DNA from: Puia sp. | GTDB taxonomy: Bacteria > Bacteroidota > Bacteroidia > Chitinophagales > Chitinophagaceae | Direction: 5' to 3' | Assembly: GCA_031292515.1 (NCBI GenBank) | Contig: JARLGZ010000278.1 | Span: forward strand, 17,891 to 81,890 | Length of the DNA stretch: 64,000 nucleotides | In this document: positions 17,665 through 27,736 of the stretch, in pieces | Numbering within the stretch: the first letter of the stretch is position 1 | Layout of the letters: each line of letters opens with the position of its first letter | Position numbers and translations under genes: made by a program | The notes under the pieces: generated by a model | The model's database searches: none | The model's input: the letters and a program-made list of their open reading frames with translations, nothing else | Told to the model about the DNA's origin: nothing

Positions 17665-18657
17665 ATGCCTCCTGTTTTCCCGGCTTCTTATTCTACCCTC
17701 GATCCTGCGGCCCTTACCGACCTGGTTACCGAAAAATACGGAATAAGCGATGTTCGCTGCCAATTCCTTCTGCGGGGGGTGGGGGACACGTATGTGATAG
17801 AATCGGCTGCGGGCTCCTTTATTTTGCGGGTGTACCGCTCTTCTCAACGAAGCCCGGAACAGGTCGGCGCGGAGATTCAATTGCTGGTGGAGTTGAAACG
17901 CAGAGAGGTTCCGGTAGCCTATCCCATTTCCGATCTTTCCGGCGCTCTTATACAGACCCTGGACGCGATAGAAGGACCGCGACAGGCGGTGCTGTTCAGC
18001 TATGCACCCGGCCAGCCGGCCTTGCGGCTCAATGAGAAACAACTGCGGGAGACGGGCCGCCAGATGGCCCGTTTTCACGAAGTCTCTTCGACGATCCGGC
18101 TGGATGGAAACCGATGGAGTTTCGACCTGGAGACGACGCTTTTCAAGCCCCTGGAAATATTAAAGCCTGCCTTCCGGGAAGATCCCGAAGGCTATGTCTG
18201 GACGCAACAAGCGGCCGCGAGGGTCGTGGAAAAACTGTCTCAGATCGGCACCGCCGGATTTTCGAGCGGTTATTGTCATTTCGACTTCCTCCCGAAGAAT
18301 TTCCATTTCGAAGGGGATTCGGTGACTTTTTTCGACTTTGATTTTCTCGGCTATGGCTGGCTGGTAAACGATATCATGACCTTTTGGTCGCATCTGTGTT
18401 GGGACGTCCATTTTAAAAGGATGTCTCAGGAGGAAGCCGACGAAGCCTATGGCATCTTTCTCGATGCCTACCGGGAAGTCCGGGCACTCAGCGAAAAGGA
18501 ACTGGAAGCCGTACCCTGGCTGGCCCTCGGGTTCTGGCTGTTTTACATGCGTTTTCATACTACCCATGACCAGTTTTATCCGTTTGTACAGCCGGGTCAC
18601 CTGAAACTCCGGGTGGCGATGATGCGGCAATTGATGGAGCGGTATTGGCAGCCCTGA
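17665..18657 (+). CDS. Phosphotransferase enzyme family protein (APH/homoserine kinase II-like)
   Basis: YCHFDFLPKNFHF (Brenner-type HxDxxxxN) and FFDFDFLGYGW (DFD metal-binding motif). ATG at 17665 is preferred over the TTG at 17644. Confidence 0.75.
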   Translation: MPPVFPASYSTLDPAALTDLVTEKYGISDVRCQFLLRGVGDTYVIESAAGSFILRVYRSSQRSPEQVGAEIQLLVELKRREVPVAYPISDLSGALIQTLDAIEGPRQAVLFSYAPGQPALRLNEKQLRETGRQMARFHEVSSTIRLDGNRWSFDLETTLFKPLEILKPAFREDPEGYVWTQQAAARVVEKLSQIGTAGFSSGYCHFDFLPKNFHFEGDSVTFFDFDFLGYGWLVNDIMTFWSHLCWDVHFKRMSQEEADEAYGIFLDAYREVRALSEKELEAVPWLALGFWLFYMRFHTTHDQFYPFVQPGHLKLRVAMMRQLMERYWQP

Positions 18658-18702
18658 AACGACACGTTCGGCAATGATATATTCGCCGCGCTTCCCTTTC
18701 TG

Positions 18703-21700
18703 TTATCTCACCAGGACCACGGTACCCTTGCGGGTAAATACGCCGCCGGATGGGCATTGCATTTGCACGAAGTATACATAGACGCCTGTCGGAGCCGGCC
18801 GGTTGTTAAAAGTCCCGTCCCAACAGGCTGAGAGATCGGAAGCGGCAAAGTGATCCCGTTCAAATACTTTTTCACCCCACCGGTCGTAGATGACCAGGTG
18901 ATCGATTGAAGCGATTCCCTGGATGACGAACCGGTCATTGTGACCATTTCCATCGGGTGTAAACGCGTTGGGGATGGCTACCCTGGCTTGTTCGCAATCG
19001 AGGGTGATGACGACGGTATCCGCAGACGAACAGCCCGCCTCGTTTTTGACCTGTACGATATACACGGTTGACTGGAGCGGGGAGGCAACAGGATCGGCGC
19101 AATTTGAGCAACTAAGGCTGCCGGCTGGCGTCCATTGCCATTGAACCACATCGGTACCGGAGCGGGCAAGGAGCTGAACGGACCTGCCTGCGAGTATCTC
19201 CTGGTCGGCGCCCGCGTCGACCGTCGGCAAAGGCAGTACAGTGAGGATCATGATTGCGGTATCCGTGAAACAGGAGTAGGAATCGGAACCCGTCACCGTG
19301 TACGTCGTGGTAGCCACGGGTCGCGCGATGGGAGAAGGGCTATTGGGGTCGCTGAGACCCACGATGTTGTCGATCCAGCTATATTGGTCGGTCCCACCGG
19401 CTTTAACGAGAAGACTGTCTCCCGGGCAAATAGCCGCTGAGTCTGGCGTCAGTGTCAATTTCTCGGGTTGTATTACCGTCACGCTGACCGAATCCGAATT
19501 CTGACAGCCGATATCATCGGCCGCGGTGACCCGGTAGACGGTATTTACGACAGGCGATACTTCCGGCGTAGCCGTATTGCCCTGGCTCAGGCTTCCGGTG
19601 GATGACCAGGAGTAGGTCGCACCACCCGACGCTTTCAATTCCACGGCGCTCCCCAGGCATACAAATGGCTGAGCCGGTGTAATGGTTATGACAGGGGGGG
19701 CATGGACCTGCAAGGTCAGATCGTTTTCTCCGGACACGGTGCAGCCGGATGTATCTGTGATGACTAATCCGGCAATATAACTGCCGCTTTGCGTGTAGAC
19801 ATGTACGGCGGAGCTGTCCGATGTGGTGCTCACACTGCCATCTCCGAAATCCCAGGTATATTGATACTCTCCATTCGACTTCGCCTGCAGTTGTCCCGCT
19901 TGTCCTACGCAAAACGCAGGCGCGGCTGCCGTCAGGGTGGCAAGGGGGTGGCCGATGACTATTGAATCGATATATTCTCCCGTCAGCCCGTTTGGCCCAT
20001 AGATATCGAGTGTCACCACATATCTTCCCGGCAGGTCGTATACATGGCTTGGGTTGTCTACTCCCGTCACGATAATACCATCGCCGAAATTCCAGCTGAG
20101 ACTGGTGTAATTCACAGAGGTATTTGTAAACCGGACGAGCACGGGCGGGCAAAAGAGCGAGGACAGATAGGTCAGGGATTCCCGGAATCCCGTGTTGAAA
20201 TTCCTGACGATGATGGTCTGTGTGGCCGTGCTGGTGCAGGAGCCCGGGGCATCGGAAGCCGTCAGTGTCACGGTGTAGGTCCCGGGCCGTGTATAGGTAT
20301 GAGCCGGTTCATAGCCGGTCGATGAAGTTCCGTCGCCAAAGTCCCAGGACCAGGAAGGGGTGCTCCCATAGATATTGCTGGTATTGGTAAAGGATACCGT
20401 CGTATTCAGCGGTACATTGTTCCCCGAAGGAGAGAATGCGGCCTGTGGACCATTCACGGATACGTCTGACAGGGCTACCCAACTCGAGGAGGAGCATCCG
20501 GATGCATCCTGGACGGTCAGCTTCACCGGATAACTGCCCGGCGTGGCATAGGTGTGGGATACGGTGCCTCCCTGTGCCAGGGTCTGACCATCCCCGAAAT
20601 CCCATAACCAGGAAACGATCGAATTGCCGCCTTCCGCCCGCGAGGTATCCTGCAAAATTACCGGGGATTGGTAACAGCGGTCGTCCAGGATGATCTCATA
20701 TCCAGCGGCTACGCCTTTTATGGCCAGGGGAATAAAATTGCTGGTGTCGCTGCATCCGAAACCGGATGTCGTAATCACCCGCAGGTCCTTTTTCCCTTTT
20801 GCAAAGGGAGAAAGCGTGGCATAATAGGCACTGTCCATCAACTCGTAGCCCGGGGTGATCTTTCCCTGGAAGGCCGTCGAGTCTCCATATTGAAATTGCA
20901 CGGAATATTCGCCGCCCGCTGTGGCCAGGTACAGGTTGGGGTTGTGGAACTCGTTGGACACTTCAATTGACAGGGTGTCGTCGACGCATACCGAAGCTTT
21001 GTCCGCGGATAAGACCGGAGGGCGTTTGAGCAGGACGGAAACATTGGTGGAAGTCTGGGAGGTACATTGCTGGTCAGTCACGGTCAGCTGTACGGGATAA
21101 ATACCGGTTTTCGTATAGGTATGCGTTAGCCGGGCGATATTGCCGGTAGTCTGGGAGGTCCCGTCTCCGAAACTCCAGACCATGCTGGTAGCTCCCTGAG
21201 TGAGGTCCGTAAAAGTGACGTCGCCGCGGGTGCCTTCACAGGTGTTGGCATAGGAGAGCGAGCTTGTCACGGACGGCAGTACGGTAATGTACTGCGGCTT
21301 AGTAATCACCGCATTGCATCCGCTCGCATCTCCGAGATTCAGGGTGACCGTGTAGGTGCCGGGCGTGGTATAGACGTGGGTCGCGTAGTAGCTGGCTGCA
21401 TAGCTTTCCGTTCCGTCCCCATAGACCCATGTGTAATAGATCATATACGGGTCGGTTGGCGCGGAGGTGAGGGTCACTTCTGTTCCCCCGCATACGGTCG
21501 TGGCGGCCGTACTGAAGTCGATGTTGATGGGTGGCGATATGATCACGCTAAGGCCGTTCGACACGCCGGGGCATCCATTCTGATCGGTAAAATACAGCAG
21601 GATGTCATAGGTTCCGATCTTGCTGAATGTGTGCGTCGGCGCCGGCAGGGTCGATGTGGTCCCATCCCCGAAATCCCAGCGGTAAGATTGCAGGGGGGTC

Positions 21701-23124
21701 CCGCTGATGGTGGCGAAGCTTTGTGTGACCGGATTCCCGCAGGAGGAGGTCGGCCCGGTTCCTGTGAAATAGATGCCCTGTATGGGTGGATAGACATCGA
21801 GGGTTTGAGCCACGGAACTGCTGCATCCGGCGGCGTTGAAAACGGTGAGCGATACCTGGTAAATGCCCTCATCCTGATAGGTATTGCTGGCTTTTTGCGT
21901 GGTCGCGTTGATGATGGGGGGAAGGGCGTAGGGCGAATAGTAGAAGGACCATTGCCAGGCGGTGGCGCCGGGGGTATGGTCGGTGAAATCAATGGTTGCC
22001 GGCGGGCCGCATTTCCCTTCCGGGATGGCGTCAAAGCCGGTGAGGTTTGGCAGCGCGTTTACAAGAACCTGTTTGGACAGGGATTGTGTACAGCCGCCGA
22101 AGGTATTGGTGAGGGTGACCGTATGCGTTCCCGCCGAACTAAACGTATAGGTGAGAGGGCCGTTGGACAAGGCAGTCACGCCGTCGACCTGCCATACCCC
22201 CTTGTCGGGCGTGGGGAAACTGCTGTCTTTAAAGATCATCGTTGTATTCATGCAACCGGAAGCAGGCCCCGCGATATAAGACTGATAATTAGCCACGTGC
22301 AGTGAGTCGGATTGAGTTGCGACGGCCGTACAGCCATTCGAACTTTTGACGGTAAGCTTCACCGCATAATTGCCTTTTGCCGGATAGACGTGGGACGGGC
22401 TGGTCCCGGTGGAACCGGTCCCATCCCCAAAATCCCACAAATAGGTCTGCGTCCCCGGTCCCGTGCTGTTATTTGTAAACTGAACAGGATCCGATACCAG
22501 GCATAATACGCTTTTATCTGTCGAAAAAGTGGCGGAAGGCACAGGCAGCACCTGTATAATGTTCTTCTTTTGCGCAACGTCGCTGCAACCATAATCATTG
22601 GTAGCGGTAAGACTGACAGTGAAAGTTCCGGCTTCCTGGTAGACATGCGGGGAGAGATTGCTGCCAGATGAGGTAGATCCGTCTCCAAAATCCCAGAGGA
22701 ACCCGATCGTCCCACCGTCGCCCCCGGCCGTCGTACCGGTAAAATTCACGGGTGTGGAGAGACAGACGATTTGCTGATCGGCCGAAAAATTCACTGAGGG
22801 CGGTGCGTATACTGAAATCGTCCGGGTGGAGTTGGAAACTTGTGATCCGTCTGTTACCGTTAGGGTAACTGTATAGACGCGGGTATCCTCGTAAACGACC
22901 TCGGGATTCTGCTGAACGGATTCATTCCCGTTGCCAAAGCTCCACTGGTAAACGGCCCGGGCGGAGGCGCCGATGCTGTTGTCGGAAAAATGAACGTGCA
23001 GGGGGGAGCAGCCGGCTGTTTTATCCACGGTGAATCCCGCGCTCAATTGTGCATAGGCAGGGGTGGTGTGGATGCATAAGACAGCAAAAAATACGATACA
23101 AGGCCGGGCGACGCACAGCGGCAT
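18703..23124 (-). CDS. Giant PKD-repeat surface protein with T9SS type-B (gliding motility-associated) C-terminal sorting domain
   Basis: More than 10 repeats carry the W(D/S)FGDG(T/S)...H.Y...G.Y.V.L PKD signature. The C-terminus reads NAFTPDGNGHNDRFVIQGI...IYDRWGEKVFE...WDG...GVYVYFV...G.V.LVR. An N-terminal signal peptide is present. Confidence 0.9.
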   Translation of the reverse strand: MPLCVARPCIVFFAVLCIHTTPAYAQLSAGFTVDKTAGCSPLHVHFSDNSIGASARAVYQWSFGNGNESVQQNPEVVYEDTRVYTVTLTVTDGSQVSNSTRTISVYAPPSVNFSADQQIVCLSTPVNFTGTTAGGDGGTIGFLWDFGDGSTSSGSNLSPHVYQEAGTFTVSLTATNDYGCSDVAQKKNIIQVLPVPSATFSTDKSVLCLVSDPVQFTNNSTGPGTQTYLWDFGDGTGSTGTSPSHVYPAKGNYAVKLTVKSSNGCTAVATQSDSLHVANYQSYIAGPASGCMNTTMIFKDSSFPTPDKGVWQVDGVTALSNGPLTYTFSSAGTHTVTLTNTFGGCTQSLSKQVLVNALPNLTGFDAIPEGKCGPPATIDFTDHTPGATAWQWSFYYSPYALPPIINATTQKASNTYQDEGIYQVSLTVFNAAGCSSSVAQTLDVYPPIQGIYFTGTGPTSSCGNPVTQSFATISGTPLQSYRWDFGDGTTSTLPAPTHTFSKIGTYDILLYFTDQNGCPGVSNGLSVIISPPINIDFSTAATTVCGGTEVTLTSAPTDPYMIYYTWVYGDGTESYAASYYATHVYTTPGTYTVTLNLGDASGCNAVITKPQYITVLPSVTSSLSYANTCEGTRGDVTFTDLTQGATSMVWSFGDGTSQTTGNIARLTHTYTKTGIYPVQLTVTDQQCTSQTSTNVSVLLKRPPVLSADKASVCVDDTLSIEVSNEFHNPNLYLATAGGEYSVQFQYGDSTAFQGKITPGYELMDSAYYATLSPFAKGKKDLRVITTSGFGCSDTSNFIPLAIKGVAAGYEIILDDRCYQSPVILQDTSRAEGGNSIVSWLWDFGDGQTLAQGGTVSHTYATPGSYPVKLTVQDASGCSSSSWVALSDVSVNGPQAAFSPSGNNVPLNTTVSFTNTSNIYGSTPSWSWDFGDGTSSTGYEPAHTYTRPGTYTVTLTASDAPGSCTSTATQTIIVRNFNTGFRESLTYLSSLFCPPVLVRFTNTSVNYTSLSWNFGDGIIVTGVDNPSHVYDLPGRYVVTLDIYGPNGLTGEYIDSIVIGHPLATLTAAAPAFCVGQAGQLQAKSNGEYQYTWDFGDGSVSTTSDSSAVHVYTQSGSYIAGLVITDTSGCTVSGENDLTLQVHAPPVITITPAQPFVCLGSAVELKASGGATYSWSSTGSLSQGNTATPEVSPVVNTVYRVTAADDIGCQNSDSVSVTVIQPEKLTLTPDSAAICPGDSLLVKAGGTDQYSWIDNIVGLSDPNSPSPIARPVATTTYTVTGSDSYSCFTDTAIMILTVLPLPTVDAGADQEILAGRSVQLLARSGTDVVQWQWTPAGSLSCSNCADPVASPLQSTVYIVQVKNEAGCSSADTVVITLDCEQARVAIPNAFTPDGNGHNDRFVIQGIASIDHLVIYDRWGEKVFERDHFAASDLSACWDGTFNNRPAPTGVYVYFVQMQCPSGGVFTRKGTVVLVR

Positions 23125-23149
23125 GGGTCAGGTTTAACAGTCTTTTGAA

Positions 23150-23180
23150 GATCCTGTCCGGTTTATAAACGGACAGGATC
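23150..23180 (-). terminator. 11-bp perfect inverted repeat downstream of the oxidoreductase gene
   Basis: GATCCTGTCCG-9 nt-CGGACAGGATC, about 90 nt after the stop of 23272..24717. No U-tract, so this is a hairpin only. Confidence 0.4.
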
Positions 23181-23271
23181 CTATGCCCTAAATATAGATA
23201 AAGAAATACAGACTGTCAACCTTACCATAAGCTTCCCCGGGGAGTTCCCGGTTGCCTTTGCGGGAGATCGG

Positions 23272-24717
23272 TCATAGGGACACGTTCCATCCCTCGCGGT
23301 ATTCGCGTTTCACGAATTGATTGGCTTCTTCGAAATTGGTGATCCGCATCGCCTTTGCGTCCCACTGGAGCTTCTTTCTTCCCAGGTAACGGTCGTGGCG
23401 ATTCTTAGCGTCTTTGTTCTCGAGGTTCCAGCTGCGGATGGCCAGGTTGCCTATCAAAATGCTTTCCGCAAAAGGGCCTGCGTATTCAAAGGGAGAACTG
23501 GTCGGCAGCTTACCGTATCCTGCGATACAGGCGTTGACCCATTGGATATAATGTCCTTCGGGAACGCGGGGCAGGACGGCCTTGGGCATCTCCGTTTCCG
23601 CCATGAGCTTCGAAGGCAATAACCGGGGGTTCTCGCCATAGCAATCCACGAGCATCTTGCCCTTGGTGCCTTCGAACATCGCGCCGCCGTCATTGCCACC
23701 AAAGGGTTCGCCTGGCAGCAATTCGTCCGGCAGCCTGGGCAGAAGGCCGCCGTCCATCCAAGTCACTTTTATATCGCCTTTTCCGTCTTTGCGCGGGTAA
23801 TTGAGATGGATGATAGACGCCGCGGGGAAGCCATCGGGATATTTTGCTTCTTTGCCGTCGTCGGTCCACGAAGTCGGGACGCTGCATTCCACGGAATCCG
23901 GGAAGTCGATGGGCAGCAGCCGGAAGGCAGGATCCATCATATGACACGCCATATCGCCCAGCGCCCCCGTACCGAAGGCACTCCATCCGCGCCAGCTAAA
24001 GGGCAGATAGGCCGGGTTGTAGTCTATGGTTTTTGCCGGCCCCAGCCACAGATCCCAGTCCAATTCCTTTGGCACTTCGAATTTGCCGGTGGGTGTGGGC
24101 AGTCCCTGCGGCCATACCGGCCGGTTTGTCCAAACATAGACCGTGTGAACATCGCCGATCAGCCCGGCATCATGCATTTCCTTTGCCTTGCGTACACCGT
24201 CGCTGGAACCACCCTGATTGCCCATCTGGGTGACCACCTTATAGCGTTTTGCAGCCTGTGCCAGCAGTCTGGCTTCATAGATATCGTGCGCCAGCGGCTT
24301 TTGGGTATAAACGTGTTTGCCTAGTTGCATAGCCGATAGCGTGGCTATCGCGTGTATATTGTCGGGTGTGGAAATGGAACAGGCATCGATATGTTTTTTC
24401 TCCTTATCCAGCATTTCGCGGAAGTCCTTGTAATATTTTGCCTTCGGGAAGCGCAACCTGGAATTGGCGGCCCTGCGGTCATCGACATCGCATAAGGCTA
24501 CGATATTCACATTGGGGCTTGTCGAAAACTCCTTCAGATCGCCTTCTCCCTTGCCACCGGCGCCTATGCCGGCGATATTCAATTTATCACTCGGCGCCAC
24601 GAATCCGCGCCCAAGCACATGTCTCGGGACGATGACAAAACCGCCTGCGGCGAGCGACGCGCCTCTTACAAAATCCCTGCGGGATACTTTTTTGTTTTCG
24701 TTTTTTTCCATTGACAT
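23272..24717 (-). CDS. Tat-signal Gfo/Idh/MocA family oxidoreductase
   Basis: The leader SRRDFVRGASLAAGGFV is followed by the Rossmann motif LNIAGIGAGGKG and the typical HVYTQKPLA block. Confidence 0.85.
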   Translation of the reverse strand: MSMEKNENKKVSRRDFVRGASLAAGGFVIVPRHVLGRGFVAPSDKLNIAGIGAGGKGEGDLKEFSTSPNVNIVALCDVDDRRAANSRLRFPKAKYYKDFREMLDKEKKHIDACSISTPDNIHAIATLSAMQLGKHVYTQKPLAHDIYEARLLAQAAKRYKVVTQMGNQGGSSDGVRKAKEMHDAGLIGDVHTVYVWTNRPVWPQGLPTPTGKFEVPKELDWDLWLGPAKTIDYNPAYLPFSWRGWSAFGTGALGDMACHMMDPAFRLLPIDFPDSVECSVPTSWTDDGKEAKYPDGFPAASIIHLNYPRKDGKGDIKVTWMDGGLLPRLPDELLPGEPFGGNDGGAMFEGTKGKMLVDCYGENPRLLPSKLMAETEMPKAVLPRVPEGHYIQWVNACIAGYGKLPTSSPFEYAGPFAESILIGNLAIRSWNLENKDAKNRHDRYLGRKKLQWDAKAMRITNFEEANQFVKREYREGWNVSL

Positions 24718-25091
24718 TGTCGTTAGTTTATTGTTTTACGTGTTTTACGGTCGATTTATGATATTTATCTTTTTTGCTATTTTTTACGGTGTATTGAGAA
24801 AGCCGGTAACAGCGATGATAAAGGAGTGACTGCCGGGATATATGAGAGCAGACAGGGAACGGCATACTCAATACGGGCGAAAAAAATTCGAACGCAGAGA
24901 TTGCGAGAACCGGTAAAACCGGGGTTCGGCAGTTAACAAAAAATTGGCAATTATCATTGTAAAGAATTGATAATCTGGTATTTTACGTTGGGGAGACCTG
25001 TTAATAATTGTGAAAAATCATTTCGGGGATTACAAAATTCGCAGACCCCTCTATATCTTTATTCTTACAACCCCCTAAACAAATTGACCGT

Positions 25092-25304
25092 ATGACACAG
25101 AAACCCTCAAACGCGTTTATTGCCGCATCCTGGATCGCTCTTGGCGTAGGCATGGCAGGCTATCTTGTCGGCCTCTGGAGAGCCGAAATGCTTCTCAACG
25201 AAAAAGGTTTCTACGCATTTGCTTTCCTGCTGGCGATGTTCGGCGCGATCACCGTGCAGAAGAATACGCGGGATAGCCAGCAGGCTGGAAAAAAAGATGC
25301 CTGA
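25092..25304 (+). CDS. YiaA/YiaB two-helix inner-membrane protein
   Basis: 70 aa with two hydrophobic helices. AFIAASWIALGVGMAGYLVGLW...EKGFYAFAFLLAMFGAITVQKNTRD matches the YiaAB domain pattern. Confidence 0.6.
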   Translation: MTQKPSNAFIAASWIALGVGMAGYLVGLWRAEMLLNEKGFYAFAFLLAMFGAITVQKNTRDSQQAGKKDA

Positions 25305-25322
25305 TCCATCAGACCAGGCATC
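25296..25322. terminator. Hairpin between convergent genes
   Basis: GATGCCTG-11 nt-CAGGCATC followed by TTTGGGG. It spans the yiaA-like stop codon. Confidence 0.35.
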
Positions 25323-25367
25323 TTTGGGGATTTTCAGGAAAGGAAATGATGCTAAAGTTCACACGAT

Positions 25368-26255
25368 TCAGGAATTCTTATAGGCGATCGCAAATTCCTT
25401 TGCGAAGTCTTCCAGTTTTGTTTTCGACAGGCTGACGGGATGCTTTTTATAATCGGCGATCATTTTTCCGCTCCGCAGCGAGCTGCCCATTTCCACGAAA
25501 TTAGCGGCTACGTCTTCCGGTAAGCCGGCCTGCACAGCCCCTTTCAACGCATCTTCGTCTTTGAATTCCACATAGGCCAGGCCCGGTTTGCCGATGGCAG
25601 CGCCCAATACGGCCGCGATTTCCCGGCTGTCTCTTTCGTCGCTTGCGATATAAAGGATGCTCTTGCCCGTAAAATCCAATGCCAGCAATTCTTTTGCCGC
25701 AGTGCCTGCGATATCATCGGGGTGTGTTAATACGACGGTCGTTTCCGCTCCATAATTATTGCCATAGAAACCGGCCGTTTTTATCAGGCCGATGCTGCTA
25801 TAGAGATTCGTATAAAAGAAAGCGGGGCGAAGGTGCAGGATGTCGACGCCGGCCAAGTTATTCAGTTCCAGCTCCACAAAATGGATACCGGATACAGGCC
25901 CGCATCCTTCGGCGAGCTGCGCCCCGATGCTGCTGAGGTTTACCACTTTTTTTACGCCCGAAGACTGGATGGCAGCCGCATAGATCTTGCCCATTCCCCG
26001 GATATATGCTTTCCAATCGGGGGTGGTGAAGTTGGGTGGTACCATGGTATAAACCGCGTCCGCTCCCTTGAAGGTCCGGCTGAGGAAACCGGCGTCTCCT
26101 ACCGATCCGATGGCGGCTTTGGCGCCAAGCTTCGTGATGGCTGCTTCTCTTTCCGGGTGACTGCTGATGACGGTTACATCATGGCCTGCGGCAACCAGTT
26201 TCTCTGTCAAAGGCTTTGTGATATTTCCGAGGGATCCTGTTAATACGTATTTCAT
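25368..26255 (-). CDS. NmrA-like/NAD(P)H-binding family protein
   Basis: N-terminal MKYVLTGSLGNITKPLTEKLVAAGHDVTVISS Rossmann motif, ~295 aa, divergent from an HxlR regulator. Confidence 0.8.
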   Translation of the reverse strand: MKYVLTGSLGNITKPLTEKLVAAGHDVTVISSHPEREAAITKLGAKAAIGSVGDAGFLSRTFKGADAVYTMVPPNFTTPDWKAYIRGMGKIYAAAIQSSGVKKVVNLSSIGAQLAEGCGPVSGIHFVELELNNLAGVDILHLRPAFFYTNLYSSIGLIKTAGFYGNNYGAETTVVLTHPDDIAGTAAKELLALDFTGKSILYIASDERDSREIAAVLGAAIGKPGLAYVEFKDEDALKGAVQAGLPEDVAANFVEMGSSLRSGKMIADYKKHPVSLSKTKLEDFAKEFAIAYKNS

Positions 26256-26357
26256 ATTTCTTTTTTTTGTTGGATCAAAGGTATATCTTTACTATGTATT
26301 TAGAGGGTACCCACCCGAAAGTAAGTATGAGGAATATTGCGACTAAATAGACCGGCT

Positions 26358-26723
26358 ATGACAGCCATCAAGGAGAATTCCACCATTCAGCAGAACAAAC
26401 AGATCGTGCAGGGCACCTGTCCTGTCTCCTATACGCTTGAAAAGATCGGCGGCAGGTGGAAACCCCTGATCCTTTTCAACCTGCGCAATGGCGCCATTCG
26501 CTACGGTCAGTTGAAGAAATGCATTCCTGGCATCACCGAGAAGATGCTGATTCAGCACCTGCGGGAACTGGAAGCCGATAAACTGGTAAACAGGGACGTG
26601 AAACCGGTAGTTCCTCCGCATGTAGAGTACAGTCTTACGGAATCGGGGCAGACACTCGGTCCTATCCTTGGGGCCATGGCCGAATGGGGTTTGGGGCAGA
26701 CCGGCCGGTTGTCTCAATCATAG
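26358..26723 (+). CDS. HxlR family transcriptional regulator
   Basis: CPVSYTLEKIGGRWKPLILFNL...RYGQLKKCIPGITEKMLIQHLRELEADKLVNR...VEYSLTESG is the HxlR winged-helix signature. ATG at 26358 is preferred over the TTG at 26337. Confidence 0.9.
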   Translation: MTAIKENSTIQQNKQIVQGTCPVSYTLEKIGGRWKPLILFNLRNGAIRYGQLKKCIPGITEKMLIQHLRELEADKLVNRDVKPVVPPHVEYSLTESGQTLGPILGAMAEWGLGQTGRLSQS

Positions 26724-26732
26724 AAATTCACC

Positions 26733-27509
26733 TTATTCCAATCTCTTCAGCCGGAAGTTGCGATACGCGATCTTCATCGGGGGGCCTACATGGACCTGTA
26801 CGCCCAGGAATCCTTTAAATCGCCGGTTAACGGGGTCGTTGTCGGTGACGTCGCTCATGAGGATCCCGTTCACATAGTGTTGCATCCGGTTGCCTCTTAC
26901 GATGATATGATACTCGTTCCAGTCATCGACACGGATATGCGTCTTCAGTGAGTCCGGGTCGCCGAGCGAGCCGGTCACGATCTTTGGCAGCCACTGGTTA
27001 TCGACGATATGTACCTGCAATGAATCGGCGGGGTTATCCAGCGGTGGAATGACGACCCGCTGTCCCTGGGAAGCCAGCGTCGTGCGTCTGCGTTCTTCGT
27101 AGTTGCTGCCGGTATAGGTGTTGGCGCCGTTTAAATCGGCCTGGTACCCTCGCAAGGCAAAGGGAAATCCTTCGATCGGTTCGCTGCGGTAGTTGATCCC
27201 GCTGTTGCCTTCCCGTGAGACCTTATATTCCACCCGGATCTCGAAATTCTCCGGCATCTCACCCTGCCAGATGATGAACGTATTACGCTTCAGGAGCGTC
27301 TCCCGGGTGACGACCCCCACCAGGCAGCCGTCTTCGACCCTCCAGTAAACGGGGTCACCCTTCCATTGATCCAGGCTCTTGCCATCGAAAATCGGAACAA
27401 ACCCTTTTTCGTCCTGCGCGGTACTGCTTTTCGAAGAGTTACAGCTGCCGCAGATAATCGTCAGAAAAAAGAAAAGAATGATATCTGCCTGGGATCGTTT
27501 GAAACTCAT
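26733..27509 (-). CDS. DUF1080 (3-keto-disaccharide hydrolase-like) lipoprotein, second copy
   Basis: FVPIFDGKSLDQWKGD, GFLGVQVH and a terminal YRNFRLKRLE. The lipobox is ICGSC. Confidence 0.8.
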   Translation of the reverse strand: MSFKRSQADIILFFFLTIICGSCNSSKSSTAQDEKGFVPIFDGKSLDQWKGDPVYWRVEDGCLVGVVTRETLLKRNTFIIWQGEMPENFEIRVEYKVSREGNSGINYRSEPIEGFPFALRGYQADLNGANTYTGSNYEERRRTTLASQGQRVVIPPLDNPADSLQVHIVDNQWLPKIVTGSLGDPDSLKTHIRVDDWNEYHIIVRGNRMQHYVNGILMSDVTDNDPVNRRFKGFLGVQVHVGPPMKIAYRNFRLKRLE

Positions 27510-27736
27510 GGCTTGGTTCTGTTTGGCGAAGTTGCTGATAAATCAGGGGGTGTACTCTGCCATTTAAATGTAAGGTGCAAAACAGTATTGTCCATCCCGT
27601 ACTATCCTGTTACCGGCTCGGTTTTGAAGATTAGTGTGCTCAAAGACTGCACCCAATAAAATGCCATATTTATAGGGGGCTATTAATCAACAGATTGAAT
27701 CTTCTTCGAGACAGACAACGTTCGAATTCGATACAC

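Noticed and set aside
21376-22305. 309-aa plus-strand ORF inside the PKD gene. Similar long antisense ORFs occur at 31140-32309, 38578-39543, 41238-42122, 48071-48799 and 63188-63970.
   Set aside because: Each lies fully antisense to a gene with strong family motifs. Their translations are Arg/Gly/Pro-rich low-complexity sequence typical of shadow ORFs in GC-rich coding DNA, with no signal peptide, domain motif or sensible start context.
24733-24990. Recurrent TTTTACG heptamer, as TGTTTTACGTGTTTTACGG at ~24733-24751, with further copies near 24780 and 24982.
   Set aside because: It is short and lies in an AT-rich divergent promoter region, so the occurrences could be chance. No dyad symmetry or consistent spacing is visible.
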